A stretch of DNA of 63,983 bases, counting the filler, from Sphacelaria rigidula (lineage: Eukaryota): assembly GCA_964200075.2 (NCBI GenBank). It is 11 parts of 11 records of this genome, joined end to end, with 100 filler letters (N's around TTAATTAATTAA, not from the genome) between each part and the next. Parts side by side here need not be neighbours in the genome. Positions count along the whole stretch, not along the records: positions 58,259 to 63,983 come from CAXNAA020024939.1; 10 more parts are not named here. One strand, written 5' to 3'. This document shows positions 63,736-63,983 of this stretch, in pieces (the first letter of the stretch is position 1; the number at the start of each line of letters is the position of its first letter). The notes beneath the pieces were generated by a model. It did no database searches. It was not told the origin of the DNA and saw nothing but the letters and a program-made list of their open reading frames with translations. A program made the translations under genes and the position numbers.

Positions 63736-63983
63736 GGTGTTCTATCCTTCTAGTATTATAATATCTGAAACGCTGATCCTGTCTCGTTCAAGTTACGATA
63801 TTGGCTAGCCTACTACAACACTGTTGTCACCTTTACAATTATTATTCTTAGTAGCGCAAACAGAACAAACAAAACAACGAAACGGACACAGACGGCTACC
63901 GGTAGAAACACCTAGTAACAGCCGATCCTAATTTTTGGGGTTGAAACAAAATATTATGAGGTTGAAGTCCCATCCCTCCATTG

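Overview
Eukaryotic, repeat-rich DNA, most likely from a brown alga (inferred from intron-rich genes, TE types and an EsV-1-7-like motif). It is not one locus. It is 11 size-sorted scaffolds (8 x 5726 bp, 3 x 5725 bp) joined by artificial 100-bp N44-TTAATTAATTAA-N44 spacers, so nothing can be inferred across spacers. Host gene pieces: 3 exons of a MOB1-family gene, the last 2 exons of a FUS/TAF15-like RRM gene, and 2 exons of a P4-ATPase. Most other sequence is decayed TEs: RTE LINEs, a chromodomain Ty3/gypsy, a Ty1/copia, a tRNA-derived SINE, a non-autonomous hAT and several MITE families. The best leads are: (1) an abundant LINE plus a non-autonomous partner (CT-1/CT-2) that share a 3' tail ending in TGAGTAC and nearly always sit in poly(C) tracts, suggesting C-tract targeting; (2) scaffold 8, with a decayed intronless PrimPol-like primase, an EsV-1-7-like motif and an array of ~41-bp hairpin units, possibly an endogenous viral remnant; (3) a possible Plavaka-type transposase relic. 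All protein assignments come from recognising motifs by eye; no searches were run.
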